From contig OZ024752.1 in assembly GCA_964016885.1 (NCBI GenBank), positions 11,718,001 to 11,782,000 of the forward strand: a DNA stretch of 64,000 nt, read 5' to 3'. This stretch comes from Eledone cirrhosa. Its lineage: Eukaryota. A model generated the notes under the pieces. It did not search any database. It was not told the DNA's origin and worked only from the letters and a program-made list of their open reading frames with translations. This document shows, one piece after another, positions 1 to 13,251 of the stretch (position 1 is its first letter; the number at the start of each line of letters is the position of its first letter). The position numbers and the translations under genes were made by a program.

Positions 1-768
1 TCGAAAGTATATACTTTCCTTATGAAAATTAACGGCTGAGCAGCCTAATTTGCATATTGAGTGAGTTAAATCGGTCAGGCATACCGAAAACGATAAATTG
101 AAACAAAATGAAAACGAAATTTCATTTCTCACTCTTAGTATGGCACTTACTTAAATGTAAGTATGCATGTATACGTACATACATATATGTATACAGACAT
201 ACAGTAGCATGCACATATATATATATATATATATATACATATATACATACATATGCATACAGGTACACATACATATATGCACGTATCAGTTTAGCGGCGC
301 TTATTATAACGTCGCTTTGTTCGTTTGTAAACAAACTGAACAGCCTGAATTTATGCCATACGGTGTTAAGGCAACCACGTCACCTTTTTGTTCAACACTG
401 ACACAGGAACGATGTACTAGTTTCAAGCTTGTTAGCTATCATCAGCACCGTTTACCCATCTGCCAGATAGTTGAACGTTCGAAAGTATATACTTTCCTTA
501 TGAAAATTAACGGCTGAGCAGCCTAATTTGCATATTGAGTGAGTTAAATCGGTCAGGCATACCGAAAACGATAAATTGAAACAAAATGAAAACGAAATTT
601 CATTTCTCACTCTTAGTATGGCACTTACTTAAATGTAAGTATGCATGTATACGTACATACATATATGTATACAGACATACAGTAGCATGCACATATATAT
701 ATATATATATATATACATATATACATACATATGCATACAGGTACACATACATATATGCACGTATCAGT
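1..768. repeat. Tandem duplication, 478-bp period (about 1.6 copies visible)
   Basis: tcgaaagtatatactttcc... at 1 recurs at 479; ORFs 108..401 and 586..780 start with identical peptides 478 nt apart. Confidence 0.95.
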
Positions 769-1046
769 ATATATATATAAATATATATAAATGATGAATT
801 TTTTAATATAAGGAACTGTTTCTTTGTTTTTATTCATTGTTTTTATTAATTTATATATATATATATGTATATTATATATGTATATTATATTTGATAATTT
901 GTATAATTTTGTATAATTTTGTACATAGATCTGTTGATATGCATACCAATTCTAACACATATATGTCCTAGAAACGATCGTTAAATAATGAACTTTTTTT
1001 GTTTAATATAAGGAACTGTTTCATTGTTTTATTCATTATTTTTTTA

Positions 1047-1092
<46 letters not shown>

Positions 1093-1357
1093 GCAGCGTG
1101 TTTGTGCATACACGAAAACGCAGTTGGTGTGCGTCATGGTGTCACACCGTTTTATTGTGTGAACATTCATCAGTTGAAATGAGAGAAAGGGCGTTATAAT
1201 TTCAAAAGACATAAGTACATGTTCGATAACAATAATTCCATAGACATGGACTATAGAGGAAATAAAATGGTAAGATTTTAGTCTAAGTTCACCTCAGTTT
1301 ATCCAAGGTCACCAAACTATGCTATCTTTTTTCCTCTCACTCGATAGCTCATTCCAA

Positions 1358-1404
1358 TCTCTCCCTCTCTCTCTCTCTCTCTCTCTTGGTAACTCATTCA
1401 AATT

Positions 1405-1443
<39 letters not shown>

Positions 1444-1463
1444 GTAACTCATTCAAATTTATT

Positions 1464-1497
<34 letters not shown>

Positions 1498-1547
1498 TTC
1501 ACATACAGGCACTCTCACTCTCTCTTCTCTCGCACACACACTCTCTC

Positions 1548-1589
<42 letters not shown>

Positions 1590-1630
1590 TCTCTTTCTCT
1601 CTCTCTTTCTCTTGGTAACTCATTCAAATT

Positions 1631-1714
<84 letters not shown>

Positions 1715-1753
1715 TCTTTCTCTCTCTCTTTCTCTTGGTAACTCATTCAAATT

Positions 1754-1839
<86 letters not shown>

Positions 1840-1878
1840 TCTTTCTCTCTCTCTTTCTCTTGGTAACTCATTCAAATT

Positions 1879-1950
<72 letters not shown>

Positions 1951-1989
1951 TCTTTCTCTCTCTCTTTCTCTTGGTAACTCATTCAAATT

Positions 1990-2034
<45 letters not shown>

Positions 2035-2050
2035 GTAACTCATTCAAATT

Positions 2051-2089
<39 letters not shown>

Positions 2090-2129
2090 ACATACAGGCA
2101 CTCTCACTCTCTCTTCTCTCGCACACACA

Positions 2130-2166
<37 letters not shown>

Positions 2167-2308
2167 CTCACACACACAGACTCTCTCTCTGTCTCTTTCT
2201 CTCTCCCCCTCTCTCTCTCTTTCTCTCTTTCTATTTCTCCCTTTCTATCTATCTCTCTTTCTCTCTTTCTATCTCTTTTTTTCTCCCCCCCCCCCTCTCT
2301 CTCTCTCA
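1358..2308. repeat. Compound satellite: (CT)n tracts punctuated by a constant ~24-nt unit
   Basis: ttggtaactcattcaaatttattt at ~1386, 1441, 1612, 1735, 1860, 1971 and 2032, separated by CT runs of variable length. Confidence 0.95.
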
Positions 2309-2567
2309 GTCCCTAGATTTTATTTATTTCATGATGACGTAAGTGGCTTCCTTTGTTATAGAAAGAAAGCCGTATTCACTATTCCTTCTTCCCAGTAATT
2401 TCTTCACACTTATTTATTTTATATAAATTTACTGTAGTTTGTTTTCTTCGTGTTTTATACTTGCTCTGTTTCACATGAATGAGATGCTTATGAAGCCAAC
2501 ACATTTCTATCCTCTAAGTCTTTTACTTATCCATAATATATACACTCACATACTGCTTACACATACC

Positions 2568-2646
<79 letters not shown>

Positions 2647-2648
2647 AG

Positions 2649-2683
<35 letters not shown>

Positions 2684-2728
2684 GTATATATATATATATG
2701 AGTGTGCTTGTGTTTATATGCCTATATA

Positions 2729-2928
2729 NNNNNNNNNNNNNNNNNNNNNNNNNNNNNNNNNNNNNNNNNNNNNNNNNNNNNNNNNNNNNNNNNNNNNNNN
2801 NNNNNNNNNNNNNNNNNNNNNNNNNNNNNNNNNNNNNNNNNNNNNNNNNNNNNNNNNNNNNNNNNNNNNNNNNNNNNNNNNNNNNNNNNNNNNNNNNNNN
2901 NNNNNNNNNNNNNNNNNNNNNNNNNNNN
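2729..2928. other. Assembly gap (200 N)
   Basis: Run of N. Confidence 1.
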
Positions 2929-3325
2929 AGAAGTGGAGAGAGAGAGGAAAATAAGAGAGATTAGACAGGGGCAAAGAGGTTGGAAGAGGGCGCGGATGGT
3001 GGTGAGAAGAGAGAGGTGGAGCGAAAGGCAGAGCGTAGAGTGAAACACACAGACAAATTAAGAACCAGCGAAAGTGTGATACTATTAGATGTGTCTCGAT
3101 AAAAGAACACAATGTTATAACTACAAGACGGATGTGACCAAATAGAGTAAGGATTCTTCGATCTTTTTGTCACATAAATCTAAGATGAAATGTTAAAAAG
3201 GGACCCCGCTCTAATTATTAACAAATAAGGAGATGGCAAAATCTTGTGCCAATCCGTTTTTGTGTTACTGGGGAAAGTTACTACGTCTAAGTTGTGACTG
3301 TTGGCTTCCTTTCTATTGTCTATAA

Positions 3326-3729
3326 CAGGGGTGTGAAACATATTCCATTGGTGGGCCACTTTTGAACATTGGAACAACTATTAGGGCCAGTCACTGTCAA
3401 AAATGTGTAATCTAATGAAAACCAGTGAATTGAGTCATAAATACATTGTGAATACATTTTTAAACAATAAAGACAAATAACATGAAACTGGGAAATTATA
3501 ACACACATAACCCTCTCAGTGAAGCCCTTTAGTATAGGTCAACTGGGAAATTATAACACACATAACCCTCTCAGTGAAGCCCTTTAGTATAGGTCAACAA
3601 ACAGAAAATTGTATTACGGTTACGAAAAAAATTCTAAATAGGTAAAAATTAAAATCGGTCATCGCGGGCCACTCTGACTGGTCTGGCGAGCCGGATTGTG
3701 GCTCGCAGGTCGCCTGTTGCACGCCCCTG
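3326..3729 (-). mobile_element. hAT-like MITE with two copies of a 55-bp unit
   Basis: Termini caggggtgtgaaaca / tgttgcacgcccctg; gcgggcc subterminal motif; reverse-complement homolog of 49468-50989. Confidence 0.75.
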
Positions 3730-3821
3730 ATTTATAGTATGTCCCGAGCCCCACCGGTGGCTTCCCTGCTATTGTCTATATTTTGTCCCGAGCCTGAGGA
3801 TTCATCAAACCGCTGCTTATC

Positions 3822-4020
3822 TCATTAGTATTTAAACCGGCCATATCCGGCCAGAATTCTCTCACCTCTTTCTGTTCAAACCGGCTGTAAGCGGCTACTC
3901 ATATTAAATAATGTCAAGATCCTGTAGATTCAATATTATCTGAGATAATTATGCGAGGTAAGCCTTTACCACGAACATACAATAGTATATATAGAGTAAT
4001 GTAAATACTAAAGGATTATC
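3822..4020 (-). mobile_element. piggyBac-like MITE, decayed copy
   Basis: Reverse-complement homolog of 59244-59472 and 47683-48458. Confidence 0.65.
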
Positions 4021-4371
4021 AAAGTTTACTAAATAATTTGCCGGTAAATCTGAAGCAACAGTAGCTGCAGCGTGTGAGCTTCTGCAAACTCGCCCCACTT
4101 GATAGAAATCCGAGCTAATTGTTCCTCTAATCACATCATTTCAGTTTTAAAAACAATGGATACATTGGAAGATAAAAGCTTGGGGTAGTCCACTGCTCAT
4201 AGTTACTGGGGTACTGAAGACTCTCGCTCCAGACGCAAGTGTAAAGTCTCACCAAGTTTGTTTGGCCTGTCAAACTATTAATTAAAATTGAGGCTCAAAA
4301 TGTGTTTCTTTTTCTACGGTCGGATATTAACACTTGCTACACCTTTGGGTGTGTCTCCTGGAGCATTACAT

Positions 4372-4574
4372 AATGGTTTCTTATACAGGTACAAGGCCAG
4401 TAATTTGGGGGGAGGGGAAAGTCGATTAAATCGACCCCAGTGTTTGACTGGTACTTTATTTTATCGACCCCATAAGGATGAAAGGCAAAGTGAACTCAGA
4501 TCATAAAGAGCCGCAACTCTATGCTGCAAAGCATGGCGTCCGATCCTCTACCGATACTGCCAATCCACCGGCCT
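4372..4574 (-). mobile_element. tRNA-derived SINE (dominant family of the window)
   Basis: Matches family consensus ggcggtggattggcagtatcggtagag...gagttcaaatccc (B-box-like)...gcctttcatccttacggggtcgataaaataaagtaccag. Confidence 0.9.
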
Positions 4575-5662
4575 TAAATAATGGATCATTAAATAATAAT
4601 GACAATGAAGGGTAGATTGGATTCTGTAATCCTAAAATTGGAATGTCTGAAACGGGACAGATTTGTCACGGATGGCCAAAGGTCCACAAGTCAGAGATTA
4701 TTCAGAGTTAAACAACAACCACATCGAAATAAAAAATAACAGCATTTTGACAAGCTCTTCTCTCAGCAGAAGGAAAGGTTCGACAAAGGGTGTTAAACAA
4801 AAGGGGGCCGAGGATAAGGAATTTATGATTCAGTCACGTTGTAGACACTGTGGACAACAGACATTGGAGATTCGAACTAAGTACATATCCTGGTCACTAT
4901 ACAAATTTCCTTATTTTTCTACAGCTTAAATTAGTCATGATGGAAGATGTTATCTAGACTCCCTCGTATATAAGTTTACATATTTTGTGATTGATTTATC
5001 AACAGTGTGCCTTCAGCTTCGCTTCTTCTTGGTAATTAAATTGAAGGCAGTTTATATACCTAACTATATTCAATACATTCAACAATATTTCTTATAACAA
5101 ATTGTTCGCCAGAGATATTATTCATCCTTTACATAGCCCTCTAAAGTACTGGCATTCATTCGGGCATACTGTTACGCGCATATTCCTTTTCTATAAAAGA
5201 AATCTTTTTTGTACAGCAAGGAATGAAAACATAAAGCACAAATACTAAATAACTATATACACACGTGAATGTGTACATACATATAATAGAGACACGATTC
5301 AGTAACAAAAGAACGATCTTCAGAAATGTGTTAGAATTTTATTTATTTTGTTTGATTAATCTGGGTAAGGCGACATATGAACAACTAACATGAGCCAGCG
5401 CCAGTCTTCAGGCTACATTTTCTATATACTACAACATTCTAGAAGCAAGATTTTCTCTGAATCTTATGCATTGTGAACGAGACTATTGAGTTTGATTTTT
5501 AATCATGAGAATAAGTATTGTTCTAGAAGCGGCAATTAAAGAATCCAAGATGTCGGTTAAATGTATATCTTTCTAGGTAGCAAACTCTATAGCTTGAGGA
5601 TAAATACTTATAAACTTAGGTAATGTTTGTATAAGTACTCATACCTAAACACACTTACAAAT

Positions 5663-5702
<40 letters not shown>

Positions 5703-5867
5703 GAATGTATTTATCTATCTATATATCTCTATATATATTTATATATATATATATATATATATTTCTGTATTATACTTGTTATATTCGTACTTGTAACTGG
5801 GTAATATTTGATATTACTCGCCATATATATAAATTTATATATATATATAATATATATATATATATAT

Positions 5868-6153
5868 AACGAAGGGAGTGGGGTAAGGAACCACATGGAC
5901 CATAACGCACCAGAGTACTCAATCGTTAGGCAGACCCCGACGTAGTAGAGTGGGAAATAGGAAAAAGTATGACCCCGACGACAGAGCTCAAGCCGTTTCG
6001 ACGGCTATTTCTGGACAGAAATACCCGTCGAAACGGCTTCAGCTCTGCCACCGGGGGGGTCATACTTTTTCCTATTTCCCACTCTACTACCCTAAGTATT
6101 GAGTACTTTGGTGCGTTATGGTCCATCTGGTTCCTTACCACAATTCCTTCGTT
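5868..6153. mobile_element. Foldback element family B in (TA)n, carrying only the 3' half of a hammerhead
   Basis: Near-complete palindrome aacgaagg...ccttcgtt; - arm reads GAAACGGC-ttgagctct-GTCGTC-ggggtc; homologs at 7354, 8095, 21133, 34972, 37662. Confidence 0.8.
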
Positions 6154-6249
6154 ATATATATATATATATATATTAGTAAAAAGGAAAAGAAAATGGTGAC
6201 AAATTTTTCCCAGTGAAAAATAGTTTCATTAGGAATAAGTATAAATAAG

Positions 6250-6280
<31 letters not shown>

Positions 6281-6292
6281 TTAATATAGAAG

Positions 6293-6343
6293 AGATTCTA
6301 CAGGACTAGAACTGTTTCATTCATTAGAAATCATCAGGAATCT
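6293..6343 (-). ncRNA. Type I hammerhead ribozyme motif (family A, left arm)
   Basis: Reverse complement of 6893-6943. Confidence 0.8.
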
Positions 6344-6892
6344 GGGTATCAAAAAATAAATATGGTATTTATAGGTCTCTACAAGTGGTAGGAGAGGGTG
6401 GGGAGTGGGATGGGTGCAGGTCATTGGTTGATAGAAAAGGGAATTCATTAAAAGCTAATTCTACAAGGCTATAGTTTATTTTTATTTTTATTTATATTTA
6501 TTTATGTTTTTAGAGTAACAAAGGCAGACAGAATTCTATAAACAGGTTCCGGATGGCATACCATTCCTTGTCAATAAGTTTCTCTTAAGCTAACAGATGT
6601 CCTGAATCTTTTCCTACTACCCACTGACTTTATAGACATCTGTTAGCTTAAGAGAAACTTATTGACAAGGAATGGTATGCCATCCGGAACCTGTTTATAG
6701 AATTCTGTCTGCCTTTGTTACTCTAAAAACATAAATAAATATAAATAAAAATAAAAATAAACTATAGCCTTGTAGAATTAGCTTTTAATGAATTCCCTTT
6801 TCTATCAACCAATGACCTGCACACATCCCACTCCCCACCCTCTCCTACCACTTGTAGAGACCTATAAATACCATATTTATTTTTTGATACCC

Positions 6893-6943
6893 AGATTCCT
6901 GATGATTTCTAATGAATGAAACAGTTCTAGTCCTGTAGAATCT
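6893..6943 (+). ncRNA. Type I hammerhead ribozyme motif (family A)
   Basis: AGATTC CTGATGA t TTC taat GAA t GAA ACAG ttctagtc CTGT A GAATCT: 6-bp stem I, short stem II, 4-bp stem III, GUA site. Confidence 0.8.
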
Positions 6944-7040
6944 CTTCTATATTAAAACTGTTATACTCTGCTATGTATTGAGTACCTTACTTACTGTGGT
7001 TACCTCCGATTCAACCCGGAATAACGTATATATATATATA

Positions 7041-7093
<53 letters not shown>

Positions 7094-7311
7094 AAAAGGT
7101 AAACAGAAGTAACAACACAATCGGTAGAGTATATGGAAGGTAAATATTAGGTTAACGCTTGATATAGCAGGAAGAGGGTCTTAACGTTTCGGACGCTAGT
7201 CCTTTATCAGAAGAAAGAATGAAAAATAAAATAGATTAAGGGGACGGGCGGGATGGAATTGGAAAAAATGTCTTTAGATAAAAATAATAGGTCCATTCAT
7301 GTTGACATCTC
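7094..7311 (-). mobile_element. Family G element with a mutated hammerhead (7179-7214, core CTGATAA)
   Basis: Reverse complement tctt CTGATAA aGGAC tagc GTCC GAAACGTT aaga; homologous to 22060, 58241, 59595, 60135. Confidence 0.75.
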
Positions 7312-7312
7312 T

Positions 7313-7625
<313 letters not shown>

Positions 7626-7636
7626 GCGCACACACA

Positions 7637-7808
7637 TACGGTGTGTTCACTTTTTACGCGAAGATGCGTTTATGAGCGCGCCGCGTAAAGCAAATTCGCG
7701 TAATTCAAGTGGCGTATTTCTGATGAATAAAAATAATTAAAAACCACACGCGTTATAGCGCGTTTTTCGCGCAAAGAGGCGTTAAAGCGAATTCGCGTAA
7801 AAAGCGAT
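7637..7808. mobile_element. pogo/Tigger-like MITE remnant
   Basis: tacggtgtgttcactttttacgcg ... cgcgtaaaaagcga inverted ends; CpG-rich subterminal repeats. Confidence 0.5.
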
Positions 7809-7811
7809 ATG

Positions 7812-7892
<81 letters not shown>

Positions 7893-7945
7893 GAAAAAAC
7901 GAGAAAACTTCGTTTACATATGAAAAATATTTATTGCGTCTCGAC

Positions 7946-8033
7946 CCGTTACGCGCGTTTCGCAGAGGATTGGCTTATGGTTACCCATATGAGTTATGGA
8001 CTCGACTCCAGTATCGATCTACTCCTCAGACTG
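7946..8033 (-). ncRNA. Hammerhead motif with enlarged stem II loop (family L)
   Basis: Reverse complement cagt CTGAGGA GTAGA...TCTGC GAAAC gcgc GTA acgg; palindromic stem III ACGCGCGT; stem I imperfect. Confidence 0.65.
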
Positions 8034-8094
8034 CCTATGCATAGAGAGCTTGATTTTCTACCAACACCATTATTTCACCGTACTACCTACACTA

Positions 8095-8234
8095 TCTAGA
8101 TCTAGCTGTCGAAACGGCCGGAGCTCAGCCGTCGGGGTCCTGAATCTTTTCCTACTACCCACTCTACTACCCTAACTATCGTGTACTCGGGTGCGTTATG
8201 GTCCACCTGGTTCCTTACCACACTTTATTTGATG
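8095..8234 (+). mobile_element. Family B fragment with hammerhead 3' half
   Basis: gtcGAAACGGCcggagctcaGCCGTCggggtc followed by the family B tail. Confidence 0.75.
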
Positions 8235-8260
8235 TATATACACACACACACACACACACA

Positions 8261-8608
<348 letters not shown>

Positions 8609-8665
8609 ATCATTGTTTGACACTGCACCTGACCAAGCCCACCGCATCTACACTCCATAAGCTGT

Positions 8666-8751
<86 letters not shown>

Positions 8752-9270
8752 CTCTCTCTCTCTCTGTCTCTTGCATTTTTCTTTATTGATCCTTTACGTT
8801 TATTTTCCTGAAATAGTCTTCGGCTGTCACATGCATCAAAACAAATCTCACATGACATTTTAAACAAAGAGAATCAATAAAACTAATATCAACCATGAGA
8901 AAAAAATGAAATGCAAAAAAAAAAGAAAGAAAATTGCACCCAACAGATAGTCAATAACCGAATCTTACACCCACCCGCTTAAAATCTGCTCAATGAACAA
9001 GTAAATATCGAAATGTACCGAATGTACCCAGAAGGATAAAAATAAAAATCACACAAAAACTACTATATGTTCTATTTAAGCTTAATGTCTTGAATCCGAA
9101 CGTTCGTTTCCATCTTTTTCTCTGCTCGTCAGTCAATGTAACTTTGTTAACAGGATTCTTAAATCATTAGATTTTCAAGTATTTTACCCAATACTGTCTC
9201 ATGCTATCAGGTGACTTTTTATTTACATTACATAAATCTACTTGTATGTATGTTCGTATGTATGTATCTT

Positions 9271-9885
9271 ATGTCAGGTCACCAGTTGGTGCTACTGGTA
9301 ACATGTATCCCAGTACAACCTGTCTCATGGTCGGGTCATTGGCGACTAAACTGGCAACCCCACCAAGGTTTCTTGGTGAGGGGGGTGACTTTGGACATCC
9401 TGCAGGACTAAAGACAAAACCTGTCAAAGGGCAAAGGAGCTCTTAAGAGTCAATGGCCATCCAAAATCACCGGGAGAGATGACCCCTTAGCCTTTGTCAA
9501 GGCAGAATTCTAGGAGAAGGAAAACTCTGATTTAACACCTGCAACCCTGATGGTATCCAATAATGTTGACTTGTTCTTCTTTTAGGTAAATATCATCTTG
9601 GTTAAGAGAGTGGGACTGGCTTTGTGCAGTGCCTTTGCTCACTATAAAAGCTTCACGGCACAGGCATTGCTTTATATCTGGAGATCGCTCTTCACTTGTC
9701 GTCACATAGTACCATGGGCCCAGCACTATGTGTCAATAATTGTCACAAGTGTAGTGTTTGTACCAGAGTTTTCAAGTCGCTGGCTGGAGTAAAAAGTCAC
9801 ACTCGTTCAGCGCTTCGGTAGGAGTTCTCCTACATGGATATAAAGTAGTGGCCGTACTCGAAAACGAGTTGGCAGCCACCATGTA
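9271..9885 (+). mobile_element. Family K: ~610-bp non-autonomous bipartite RTE-derived retroposon with (ATGT)n tail
   Basis: RTE 5'UTR-like motifs (ctggcaacccca, ctaggagaaggaaaactctga); C2H2-like remnant HKCSVCTRVFKSLAGVKSHTRS; 3' stem-loop ctcgaaaacgag; further copies at 25130, 25828, 54036. Confidence 0.75.
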
Positions 9886-10054
9886 TGTATTATGGTTGTA
9901 TGTATTTATTTATGTATGCGTATATGAATGTATGTATGTATCGTCGTGTGTATGTATGTGTGTGTGCATGTATATATATGTCTATGTGTATATATGTGTG
10001 TGTATGTATGTATGTGTGTGTGTGCATGTATGTATGTTTATATGTATATGTGTG

Positions 10055-10086
<32 letters not shown>

Positions 10087-10231
10087 TGTGCGTGTGAGTG
10101 TGAGAGAGAGGGGGTGTGAGAGAAAGAAATAGTGAGAGTTGATCAAAGTCATTCCGGCCATGACCACCTGCCCATTTTTTATAATAGATCTAGATTTACA
10201 AATGTATTATCACAGACAAACGCACGCGCGC

Positions 10232-10379
<148 letters not shown>

Positions 10380-10401
10380 TGTGTGTCTGTGTGTGTGTGT
10401 A

Positions 10402-10835
10402 GAAGAGATATTTAATTTGTTGGAAATCCAACAAATATAGATGTTTATAACTGATTCAGAGCACTCGACAGCTTTCTGGAGTAAGTATTCAATGATATTA
10501 AATAAATGGAAACTATATTTATAAAACCATATTTATTCTATCATATATATTTCAAGGGTACCAAAAAGTTTGGTACGCTATCATCAGATAAAATACAAAA
10601 TGTTTTGTAAATATTTGACATGACCAAGGATAATATACCTGAACGGTTCAAGCCATCGCTTTCCAGGGATAACTTGAACCGCTAAGGCATATTATCCTTG
10701 GTCATGTCAAATATTTACAAAACATTTTGTATTTTATCTGATGATAGCGTACCAAAATTTTTGGTACCCTTGAAATATATATAATAGAATAAATATGGTT
10801 TTATAAATATAGTTTCCATTTATTTAATATCATTG
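10402..10835. mobile_element. Foldback element family D (arms 10490-10652 / 10673-10835)
   Basis: Inverted arms with a left-sided tail, bounded by microsatellites; homolog at 42290-42703. Confidence 0.9.
10730..10791 (+). ncRNA. Type I hammerhead motif (family D); mirror copy at 10534-10595 on - has a non-cleavable AUG triplet
   Basis: TATTTTAT CTGATGA tagc GTACCAAA att TTTGGTAC cctt GAAATATATATA ATAGAATA. Confidence 0.7.
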
Positions 10836-11066
10836 TATATATATATATATATATATTGTTATGCTTTGGGAGGGCCATGTTGCCAATAAGAAACACACGC
10901 ACCACTTGCTTTCACTGCAATTTATTATAAATTAAATTCATAAATTTAAGAATTTATAAATTTCCGGTTGTAACACATGCGCAAACTAAGCACATAACAT
11001 ACACAAAAACAAGATGGCGTAGGACAGAACAAAGGAGAGGCACAAAAACAAAGAAAAGAATCCCCA

Positions 11067-11109
11067 GTCACTGAAGAGGTCACAGAATGTGTGACGAAAG
11101 AACTTTGAC
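11067..11109 (+). ncRNA. Minimal type I hammerhead motif (family E)
   Basis: GTCA CTGAAGA g GTCACA gaatg TGTGAC GAAAG aa CTT TGAC. Confidence 0.8.
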
Positions 11110-11197
11110 AATATATGAACAATTGTCCGGTTGTGGAACCAACCAACCAACCGGAAATTTATAAATTCTTAAATTTATAAATTTAATTTATAATAAA

Positions 11198-12092
11198 CTA
11201 GCAGTAAAGCCCGGCGTTGCTCGGGGTCGCTCAGTAGCTGTGTTAAAGTTACAATGTTAAGTTTCTTTCTTGGCTTAAAAACTGTAGTGTCTACTGTGCA
11301 GACTTGCATGTGGTGTTTTTGATTAATATTCCCTCAACCAACAATATGCCTTATGAAGTTAAGAAAACATAACGATAACCCGAATGTTATAACAAAAGAG
11401 GATGCTGGGGATAGAAACTGCACTGGTTATTTATTAACAAAGATCGAAAATGTAAACACTGCAACGCAGAGAAAAACATTAGCGTAACCAAATTATCAGT
11501 TATGTCTGTCTGCACGCCTATATCACCTCTCTGTACGACTGTCTGTCTGCACGCCTATATCACCTCTCTGCACGACTATCTGTCTGCACGCCTATATCAC
11601 CTCTCTGCACGACTGTCTGTCTGCACGCGTATATCACCTCTCTGCACGACTATCTGTCTGCACAACTGTCTGTCTGCACGCCTAACGACGAAATATTTGC
11701 TTGTTTTACGTAGTCTTTAAATAGACTTGTTTTCAAGTAAAAATATTGTTTTAAAATGCTTTTAAATGGAAATGAAGCAAAACGGAAGCTTAGTGTTCGA
11801 ACTGATGAATTTTGCAGGTCAATATTTTGCTGGCTCGTAATTTTTTACGTAAGACGCTCAATGTAAACAGAACAAAGGGAAATAACTGATAACTTACGCT
11901 CAAAAATCGATACATTATATTCGATTTCGTCACATAGGGTGGGTCAATTTGAAATTTTTTTTTTCCGATGTCTTCGCTAGGGCTCAATGTACAAGTATAG
12001 CAATTTCGGTGCAATTCCGTGAGAGATTCTAAGAGGAGATGTGTGCCAAAAATCGATAGACAGACAGACAACCACAGTTTTATATATATAGA
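11198..12092 (-). mobile_element. Non-autonomous Helitron with internal ~35-bp minisatellite (11503-11683)
   Basis: On - strand starts TCtatatatataaaa, has (GTCT)n, ends hairpin cccgagcaacgccggg...CTAG; inserted at A|T with no TSD, shown by the uninterrupted family E copy near 57260. Confidence 0.9.
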
Positions 12093-12214
12093 TTGGAGTG
12101 AAAGCAACTGGTGCGTGTGTTTCTTATTGGCAACATGACCCTCCCAAAGCATAACAATATCGGTTTCAACACAAGTTTTCAGATAAAGAATCTTGCTAAA
12201 TAAATTCAGAAACG

Positions 12215-12243
<29 letters not shown>

Positions 12244-12248
<5 letters not shown>

Positions 12249-12872
12249 AATGAAGAATTAGAAATAGAAGCCAGGAATATCCGTCATCAGTTGCCTACTA
12301 TCCATCATAGGTATTTCTTCGTATTACAGACCATATACCTCAAGCTAGGGCGATACAATAACTAAATTAAGTTATTGAGATAAAAAGAGTTGGGTGGAGA
12401 AAGAGAGACATGTAAACAAACACGAATGGTGAGGCAACGTAAAGAGAGGAAAAAATGAGAAAATCAAGTCAATAATTCATTTCGAACATAAGAACGGGGG
12501 ATATTGACGAGAAGGTAAAGACACATCTTGGCCGTTCGGATGTGAGCGAGGAAAAGAATCTCGTACGGTGTGGGACGATGGAGGAAGTGAGAGAGAGGGT
12601 GAGTAGCAGAGAGTGAGTGAGTGAAAGTGGGAGGAAGAGGCTAGCCGAGAGAGGGTGACTAGCAGAGGGGGTGAGTGAAAGTAAGAGGGAGGAAGAGAGA
12701 GAAAGGGGAGAGAGACAGCGGATAGCAGGAAGGGAAGAGAAAAAGGTCTGTAATGCGAAGAAATACCTATGATGGCTAGTAGACCACTGATGACGGATAT
12801 TCCTGGCTTCTATTTCTAATTCTTCATTTATTATATATATCATATATGCAACAACACAGCTCGCCATTTTTC

Positions 12873-12876
<4 letters not shown>
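12244..12876. mobile_element. Foldback element family F
   Basis: 12244-12332 is the inverse of 12745-12835; tail catatatgcaacaacacagctcgccattttt; homolog at 38131-38524. Confidence 0.8.
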
Positions 12877-12963
<87 letters not shown>

Positions 12964-13096
12964 GAGAGAGAGAGAGAGCGAGAGAGATTTTCGAGGTCAG
13001 GATTTTACATAACTCTATACCCTCTCTAATCTCCCCATTCATTGAGTACTCCCATGAATAGTGGTCTCACTACCACAGACCCCCCTCTCTCTCTTG

Positions 13097-13251
<155 letters not shown>

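Larger units (their letters stand above)
6277..7026. mobile_element. Foldback element family A: ~325-bp arms (6277-6601 / 6635-6959) plus a one-sided 3' tail, in (TA)n
   Basis: Arms are almost perfect reverse complements; tail 6960-7026 is shared with copies at 30858 and 43794. Confidence 0.9.
10856..12217 (+). mobile_element. Family E foldback element, interrupted by a Helitron at 11198-12092
   Basis: 10856-10970 is the inverse of 11148-11197 plus 12093-12158; uninterrupted homolog at 56916-57387. Confidence 0.85.

Noticed and set aside
1-768. 478-bp duplication as a functional unit
   Set aside because: Near-identical, contains a microsatellite, may be assembly overlap; no coding or RNA signal seen
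1386-2056. CRISPR-like repeat/spacer appearance
   Set aside because: Spacers are CT microsatellite, there are no cas genes, and the context is eukaryotic
1386-2342. Long ORFs such as 1386..2342, 28380..29432, 38784..39383 and the many YI/HT/CV/SL ORFs
   Set aside because: Translations of microsatellites with no domain content
5363-5416. Minus-strand CTGAAGA CTGGC..GTTAG..CATATGTC
   Set aside because: GAAA box absent; at best a heavily decayed motif
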